Positions 58,789 through 64,000 of a stretch of 64,000 nt of DNA are shown here, in pieces. Every line of letters begins with the position of its first letter. Position 1 is the stretch's first letter. A program made the position numbers and the translations under genes. This DNA is from a virus: IMG/VR virus record IMGVR_UViG_3300027848_000009, positions 91,888 through 155,887 of that record. The stretch is one strand, 5' to 3'. Under the pieces are notes generated by a model that was not told where the DNA came from, did no database searches, and saw only the letters and a program-made list of their open reading frames with translations.

Positions 58789-59024
58789 CTTTCCCCCACC
58801 GTGTTCCTTTGCGTCTATTTCCTTCCCGCCTAGCCCCGCCGGACAGATTGCTGCAAGTTTTTTTGGGGGCTGGCGCCGCGGGTAGCCCTGTGGATAAGTC
58901 TAAAGTTGTCCACAGGTTGTGGATAACTATCTGTGGATAACTTTCCCGACAATTCTTTGCACGTAGGTTGTGATTGGCCCTAGTAACCGGCACACTGTAC
59001 CTATGACACAAGCAACCACCTACA
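58789..59024 (+). promoter_or_regulatory. promoter cassette 3 with 4 DnaA boxes
   Basis: Boxes at 58889, 58906, 58918, 58932; TTGTGA(58968)-N17-CACACT-N6-ATG(59003). Confidence 0.9.
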
Positions 59025-59236
59025 ACATTGCGGTCTGCACAGACTGCATTATGATGATCGCCAACGGCGAGGGGGGCAGCCATCTCGTTATGTCAATGAT
59101 GGCTGAGTGGCCCGACCACCTGCTCGGCTACGGCGGCGACCCTGACGATGAGGCCGATTTCTCTGGCACTCCCTGCGAGGGGTGCGGATCGCAACTGGGA
59201 GGGGCACGCCATGCGGCGCACGCTTTCGCACGGTGA
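59003..59236 (+). CDS. small zinc-binding protein (MTQAT start)
   Basis: CTDC...FS..PCEGCG..LGG.RH. Confidence 0.75.
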   Translation: MTQATTYNIAVCTDCIMMIANGEGGSHLVMSMMAEWPDHLLGYGGDPDDEADFSGTPCEGCGSQLGGARHAAHAFAR

Positions 59237-59240
59237 AGCT

Positions 59241-59435
59241 GTGACGGGCGGCGGCCTGTTCGTCGTGACCGGCACGATCACCGAGGTGAAGTCGGCGGCC
59301 GGGGCTCGCTTGGGGTTCGTGGTTGAACGACTGAACGGTGACTGGACTGTGATATCGCACGGCGCGTCTTGCGGGGGGACGTACACGACTCGTGATCGGG
59401 CTGTCGGTCAGCTTGCGACGTCTTGCGGTTATTGA
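59241..59435 (+). CDS. hypothetical protein
   Basis: GTG just after previous stop. Confidence 0.45.
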   Translation: MTGGGLFVVTGTITEVKSAAGARLGFVVERLNGDWTVISHGASCGGTYTTRDRAVGQLATSCGY

Positions 59436-59489
59436 GGCGGGGGGCCTAGCCCCGGGGTGGGGGTGTTGGTTTGTGTTTGGTTTGGTTGT

Positions 59490-59590
59490 GTGTCGGGGCT
59501 GTCGTTGGGCTACGGCCTGTGGATAAGTATTCCGATATTTCTTTGCCATCAGGTTGTGATTGTGTCTAATAACGGGCACACTGTACTTAC
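59490..59590 (+). promoter_or_regulatory. promoter cassette 4 with 1 DnaA box
   Basis: TGTGGATAA at 59518; TTGTGA(59554)-N17-CACACT; 59532-59578 is identical to 58031-58077. Confidence 0.88.
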
Positions 59591-59614
59591 AACTACCAAC
59601 CCAGGAGAAACCCA

Positions 59615-59809
59615 ATGAGCAATTTCGTTGTCGTCGCCCACCTACCGCTCGCCACGGCCGACACAGAGGCCAAGGACTTCCCTATCCTCCCCGCAGAGTG
59701 GTGCATCATGACGAGCAAGAAGTCCGCAGAGGCTAAGGCTCTCCGCTGGGCAACAGAGTATAGCCACGTAGCGGTCCACGAAATCGGTGAGCCGGTCGCT
59801 TTCGGATGA
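59615..59809 (+). CDS. hypothetical protein
   Basis: AGGAG RBS downstream of cassette 4. Confidence 0.7.
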   Translation: MSNFVVVAHLPLATADTEAKDFPILPAEWCIMTSKKSAEAKALRWATEYSHVAVHEIGEPVAFG

Positions 59810-59871
59810 TCCTGAGAACGGCCGGGCACGCTCGCTCGGCCGTTCGATTGGACCATTGAAAGGAAACCAAC

Positions 59872-60093
59872 ATGGAAAAAATGATGACCAAGGCTCACTA
59901 CGAAGACATCGACATGGACGTGCCCGCCGACACACACTGTGTCTGGTATCACTCCGCCGGTTGTCTTCCAGACTCGGAGTACCCAGAGTTCTCCGGCGAC
60001 GAGGATGAATGCGAGGCGTGGATCCAAACGAACCACGACGATTACGACACTTCGGTGCTGTACGTTCTGTCCGTTTCTCCGGTAGATTACTGA
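59872..60093 (+). CDS. very acidic small protein
   Basis: GAAAGGA RBS; GCLPDSE.P.F. Confidence 0.7.
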   Translation: MEKMMTKAHYEDIDMDVPADTHCVWYHSAGCLPDSEYPEFSGDEDECEAWIQTNHDDYDTSVLYVLSVSPVDY

Positions 60094-60234
60094 CATGACG
60101 TCAGAACGTTGGACTCAGACCATTGAGGCGCACGGGACAGCCCCGCCGGGCCAGCAGGAGTTCTCAGGCGCACCCTGCCCAGACGGCGGTCTCGTGAGCC
60201 TTTACTGCGGAGGGTCGTATGGGAAGACTGTCTC

Positions 60235-60432
60235 GTGAGTCTTTACTACTGCGAGTCGTGCGGACACACTATTCACAATACTAGAGCGGCGGGGACGGTG
60301 AGGCTGGCAGAGGTGTGGATCGCCGGGGCTGCCCTGACGTACTTTGCCATTGAGAACGAGAAGTACCGGTACCTCCACAAGACTTGTTATGAGATTGGGC
60401 GGCGTAAGGAGCATGAGGAGTCGCTTTTTTAG
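60235..60432 (+). CDS. small zinc-binding protein
   Basis: YCESCG...YLHKTC. Confidence 0.55.
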   Translation: MSLYYCESCGHTIHNTRAAGTVRLAEVWIAGAALTYFAIENEKYRYLHKTCYEIGRRKEHEESLF

Positions 60433-60473
60433 CCCCGCTGGTTGTCAACCGGTTGGCTGGCATTAGCCGGTTC

Positions 60474-60691
60474 CTTTCCTCCACCGTGTTGGATTGCGTC
60501 TATTTCTTTTCTGTTAGCTGTGCTGGGCGGGTTTTTGCAAGTTTTGTGTCGGGGCTCCGCGCCGGGGTCGGGGGCCGTAGCCTGTGGATAAGTCAGAGTT
60601 GTCCACAGGTTTGTCCCCACCCTGTGGACAAGTATTCTGACAATTCTTTGCACGCAGGTTGTGATTGTGCCTAGTAACGGGCACACTGTAC
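60474..60691 (+). promoter_or_regulatory. promoter cassette 5 with 4 DnaA boxes
   Basis: Boxes at 60583, 60599, 60611, 60623; TTGTGA(60659)-N17-CACACT(60682). Confidence 0.9.
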
Positions 60692-60718
60692 CCATACCCG
60701 CCAACAGAAAGAGGAATG

Positions 60719-60907
60719 ATGAAACTGTCACCTGACGGCGCAGGCTTCCTGCGTGGAAAGTGCGACGACTGCCGCTGCGTCCTGTCGATTTGGGCCCGCA
60801 GCGGACACGACATCGAGTGCCCCTGCGGCGCCCTGTACAATGGCTTCGGCCAACGTCTCGTGACCGCGTGGTCACGCTACGAGGAGGCGCTCGGTCTGGA
60901 CAACTGA
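60719..60907 (+). CDS. small zinc-ribbon protein
   Basis: CDDC...ECPCGALYNGFGQRL; AGAGG RBS. Confidence 0.7.
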   Translation: MKLSPDGAGFLRGKCDDCRCVLSIWARSGHDIECPCGALYNGFGQRLVTAWSRYEEALGLDN

Positions 60908-61046
60908 CGCACGGCGGAGTGGCCGCCCGGCGAGGGTGCGGCCCCTCTCCGGTGGCGCATGTGGGGCCCCGGGATTCGATGTCGAGTGCCGAGCGCGGCG
61001 CTGAGCCCCGCCGGGCGGCTAACGTTGGTTGGTGTTCTCCCCGTGC

Positions 61047-61209
61047 TGCAAGTTTTGTGTCGGGGCTGGCGACGGGGTGTCTGTGGATAAACCTGTGGAT
61101 AAGTCAGAGGTTATCCACAGGCAAATCTGTGGACAACTTTCCCGACAATTCGGAGGAAACGGCCCTAGTAACGGGCATACTGTACACATGACACAAGCAA
61201 CCACCTACA
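61047..61209 (+). promoter_or_regulatory. promoter cassette 6 with 4 DnaA boxes, -35 element missing
   Basis: Boxes at 61082, 61094, 61111, 61128; CATACT(61176)-N6-ATG(61188). Confidence 0.88.
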
Positions 61210-61382
61210 CCGCCACCTGCGTATGGTGCGACACCCTGATCGAACAGCCCAACCGTGATATCGGTTTGATGTACTGGGCGCACCCTGATCTGTATGACGT
61301 GGACTGTGACGGCACCATGTGCCCTGAAGACGAAGACCACCCTGACTACGAGGATCACGTAGCAGAACCGGACCTGCAATGA
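61188..61382 (+). CDS. small acidic Cys/His protein (MTQAT start)
   Basis: CVWC...WAH...C. Confidence 0.7.
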   Translation: MTQATTYTATCVWCDTLIEQPNRDIGLMYWAHPDLYDVDCDGTMCPEDEDHPDYEDHVAEPDLQ

Positions 61383-61675
61383 GCGGCCCGCACGGCGACG
61401 ACGGCAGCCGCGAGCAGCACCTGCACGACCTAGCAGCGGCCCACATGGAGCATGAGGCTCCAGAGTTCGCGACCGCCAACGGCGACTACACGCTGGACAT
61501 CCCGCCGATCGTAGGAACCGTGCCAGCCCATCCGGCGAGCTGCGAGTGCAGCCCGTGCGCCGACCGTGCCGACTGGAAGCGTAAAGAAAATGCGGGGCCC
61601 GTCCGCGACTACGGTTCGGTTGCCGACTGGCAGCGAGAGACAGCCCGCGACGACATCGCAAACGGGTTCGGCTGA
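61379..61675 (+). CDS. hypothetical protein
   Basis: ATGA coupling; HP.SCECSPC. Confidence 0.6.
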   Translation: MSGPHGDDGSREQHLHDLAAAHMEHEAPEFATANGDYTLDIPPIVGTVPAHPASCECSPCADRADWKRKENAGPVRDYGSVADWQRETARDDIANGFG

Positions 61676-61824
61676 TGAACGATGCGACCGATGATCTGGA
61701 CATGCAGATCACGCAAGAAAAGCGTGCCGTCTTCGAGACGTTCAAGCTCGCGCAAGCACGAGTGGCACGTTGGGAGCCTGCGCCATGCCCACCCCGCCCT
61801 TACGCACGGAGAAGAGTCCTATGA
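61675..61824 (+). CDS. 49-aa protein (not in ORF track)
   Basis: TGATG coupling; MNDATDDLDMQ... Confidence 0.45.
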   Translation: MNDATDDLDMQITQEKRAVFETFKLAQARVARWEPAPCPPRPYARRRVL

Positions 61825-61966
61825 TCGGTCGAACCCAACGAACATCAAGTTAACTTGACGCTGAAGACCGTGCGCGTCTTTAGCCCCGCATTTATAAGTT
61901 GTTTCGCCGCACACCGGGCACGGCCCCAGCATTGCTGTAAACTGTTAGTAACGGCAAGGAGCAGAG

Positions 61967-62110
61967 ATGGCCAAGCTAAACACGTTTACGGGACTCAGCG
62001 CCACGTTCGACAAACCGGCAATCAAACGCAAGGGTGTCCACTCGAAACGAGGGAAATCCAAGTCTCCCTCGTCGAAGAACTACAAGAAGGCGTACCGTGG
62101 CCAAGGGTGA
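61967..62110 (+). CDS. 47-aa basic protein ending YRGQG (not in ORF track)
   Basis: TAAACT -10, AAGGAG RBS; MAKLNTF...KRKGVHSK...KNYKKAYRGQG. Confidence 0.75.
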   Translation: MAKLNTFTGLSATFDKPAIKRKGVHSKRGKSKSPSSKNYKKAYRGQG

Positions 62111-62240
62111 AGCTGAGAGCATCTCTGAGGACACCCCTCCAGCCCCGCCTGCCGGCATCAAGCAGCCTGTGCCGGTGTTTGTCAACCGGGATCTGGGTCA
62201 TCGCCCAAGATGTGCTGGTTGCCGCAACTGAATGGCAGCC

Positions 62241-62327
62241 TGTGGACAACTTTCTTCACAATTATTTGCCCCGAAGGTTGTGATTGACCGTAGCAACCGG
62301 CAGACTGTACTCATGGCACAAGCAACC
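62241..62327 (+). promoter_or_regulatory. promoter cassette 7 with 1 DnaA box
   Basis: TGTGGACAA at 62241; TTGTGA(62278)-N17-CAGACT-N6-ATGGCACAAGCAAC(62313). Confidence 0.88.
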
Positions 62328-62498
62328 GACAACGAGCTTCGCCCGCATGAATGCGACGACAACTATGACCTTTACGAGTGGGGGCACATTGACTTCCCTA
62401 ACGAGTACGTCAAAGCACCGTGCGGCATGACGATCCACGTTGATGATGCTGCTACCCACAACGGCGCTGAGCCGTGCGGCTACAACCGGTGGGTATGA
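62313..62498 (+). CDS. small acidic protein (MAQAT start)
   Basis: Leaderless start from cassette 7. Confidence 0.7.
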   Translation: MAQATDNELRPHECDDNYDLYEWGHIDFPNEYVKAPCGMTIHVDDAATHNGAEPCGYNRWV

Positions 62499-62689
62499 TG
62501 AGGGCTGATCGCATCCCAATGAAGTCCGGTGACGAAGTGGACGAGTTCCGCAAACTGCCGTGGTGGTTCATCACCAGCGGGCACAGCCGGGACTCGCAGC
62601 ACCGCAAGGCCCGCAAGGCAACGAAAACTGCACACAATCAGCGGGCACGCCGACTGGCGAAGCTCACGAACCGAAAGGACACACGATGA
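62495..62689 (+). CDS. small basic protein
   Basis: ATGA coupling; IPMKSGDE...K..HN.R.RR..K. Confidence 0.65.
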   Translation: MMRADRIPMKSGDEVDEFRKLPWWFITSGHSRDSQHRKARKATKTAHNQRARRLAKLTNRKDTR

Positions 62690-63000
62690 CCACGACCACA
62701 CTCCGCAAGTGTTTCACCGGAAGCCCCGACTTGAAAGGTGACTGGATCGTCTCCATCTCTGACCACTCGGAATGGGGCGAATACAACATGGACGACTGGA
62801 CAGATATGGGACTCCTCCCATATTTCGGGCCGATCAGCAAATGTCCCGACATCCTCCTCGACCACGAATACAGCACAGGCTTCGGGTCGCCAGCACGTCC
62901 CTGCTACGCGGTCTGGACGACCAACTATGTCATCTCCTGCACCGAATACGACGGGTCCACCTCGTCCCACTGGGTGTCCCGCAATCCGCCGCATAGCTAA
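62686..63000 (+). CDS. hypothetical phage protein
   Basis: LD.EY..GFG......WT..YV....EYDG......RNP. Confidence 0.75.
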   Translation: MTTTTLRKCFTGSPDLKGDWIVSISDHSEWGEYNMDDWTDMGLLPYFGPISKCPDILLDHEYSTGFGSPARPCYAVWTTNYVISCTEYDGSTSSHWVSRNPPHS

Positions 63001-63013
63001 CATCGGCTGGTCC

Positions 63014-63190
63014 CTTTCCGCCACCGTAATACCTTTCGTCTATTTCTTTTCTTTTAGACCTACTAAACAGGTTTTTGCAAGTTTTTTTCGGGGCTCTGTT
63101 TCAAAAAGTTATCCACAGGTTGTGGATAAAGTCAGAGTTATCCACAGGGTTGGGGATAACTTTCCTCATAATTATTTTCCTCAGAGGTTG
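63014..63190 (+). promoter_or_regulatory. cassette 8 with 4 DnaA boxes, promoter core and cargo gene absent
   Basis: Boxes at 63109, 63121, 63138, 63151; similarity ends after AGGTTG at 63190. Confidence 0.82.
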
Positions 63191-63448
63191 CCTTCCCCGA
63201 CTGTTTGGCGGGCGACGGATAGCGGGGCTTCGATCCGGTCGGCTAGTGCGAACCGCTGTGAGTGCGTCATGTCTGTTGGGTCGCTCATGCTGCAACCTTT
63301 CGGCGGTAGGTGCTGAGGTAGCAGGTGCGCGAGCACGACCGCTGCGTGTTCGCTTCGCTCTTGACGGTGAACAGCTCGCCGCAGTGGCAGCGCCGCTCGA
63401 TCATCCGTTGGTGGCGTGCTCGCGCGCCGCAGGTGTAACAGTCGTCGT

Positions 63449-64000
63449 TCATGCGAGCATCGATTCGAGTGCTTTGAGCGTGACGGCTTCGTCTACTGCG
63501 GGGGCGACATGGTTGGTGAGCTGCTCGAACATGTCGATGGCCCGTTGCGCCAGGTTGAGTCGTTGGTCTGGTGTGCTGGCGTTGGAGGCGTAGTTGGCGG
63601 CGTGGGCGGCGGCGTAGGTTGGATTATCAGCCCATGCCTCAGCAGCCAAGATCGCTGCATCAACCATCAGGTCAGCGTTTAAATGCTGCACCTGCCGCGC
63701 TTGGTCGGCAGCAATCTTCACCCAAATCACCCGACGCTCAAGATCGGTAAGGTCAAGTTTCCCGGTACCGACAGTGCGATGACCTAGAGCCAAGACAATC
63801 AGCGAGCAGGGAGCACACAACAGATCGTCGTCACGATGGTTGCAAATTGTGTCGTTGACACGTTGCACAATGCGGGTCAGCAGCGGATCAGAGCAGTCAG
63901 GGAAGTCGGTGATCTTCGTGTCACCGTTTTCCCAGCTGATTACGTTCATCGCGCATCCTTTGCCGCTACCGGATTCGTGAGATCCGACAGCGAGGCGGAG
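63449..64000 (-). CDS. hypothetical actinophage-type protein (5' end beyond window)
   Basis: Frame stays open to the window edge: LRLAVGSHESGSGKGCAMNVISWENGD..ITDFPDCS. Confidence 0.7.
   Translation of the reverse strand, partial: LRLAVGSHESGSGKGCAMNVISWENGDTKITDFPDCSDPLLTRIVQRVNDTICNHRDDDLLCAPCSLIVLALGHRTVGTGKLDLTDLERRVIWVKIAADQARQVQHLNADLMVDAAILAAEAWADNPTYAAAHAANYASNASTPDQRLNLAQRAIDMFEQLTNHVAPAVDEAVTLKALESMLA

Noticed and set aside
57988-63159. Bacterial oriC (host chromosome or misassembly)
   Set aside because: No dnaA, dnaN, rpmH or gyrB nearby; boxes are split into small clusters tied to promoters among phage-type ORFs.
57037-63190. CRISPR array or integron attC array
   Set aside because: Repeats are 90-240 bp, imperfect and separated by gene-length intervals; no cas gene, integrase or attC-type inverted core was seen.
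1-64000. tRNA/rRNA genes, transposases, integrase, DGR reverse transcriptase
   Set aside because: None recognised by eye; tRNAscan/Infernal and HMM searches would be needed to exclude them formally.

Overview
The window is 64 kb of a large contractile-tailed (myovirus-like) phage genome. The host is almost certainly an actinobacterium, judging by WhiB, many leaderless TANNNT-N6/7-ATG starts and TT(A/G)TCCACA DnaA boxes. No capsid, terminase or integrase gene is in the window. Layout: (1) 0.6-20.6 kb tail, baseplate and fibre module. (2) 20.6-39.7 kb enzyme island with 7 intact prolyl-hydroxylase-like 2OG-Fe(II) oxygenases, 1 degenerate copy, a TauD-like dioxygenase, a flavin halogenase, 2 DUF6065-like proteins, 2 methyltransferase-fold proteins, a glutathione peroxidase and an NAD oxidoreductase. 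It is bracketed by a (FPPH/FPPF)17 repeat protein and a collagen-like His/Asn-rich protein. (3) 39.7-43.2 kb mucin-like membrane protein and lysis genes. (4) 43.4-55 kb regulators, metallophosphoesterase, proteasome-beta/HslV-like protease, WhiB, replication initiator and loader next to an extreme strand-skew inversion, and a MoxR-type AAA/VWA pair. (5) 55-64 kb array of small genes driven by a repeated cassette of clustered DnaA boxes at a fixed distance from a TTGTGA-N17-CANACT promoter, often fused to a shared MTQAT start. The two strongest candidates for an undescribed system are the DnaA-box promoter cassette array and the oxygenase island with its putative Pro/His-repeat substrates. All family calls come from motif recognition by eye, not database searches.
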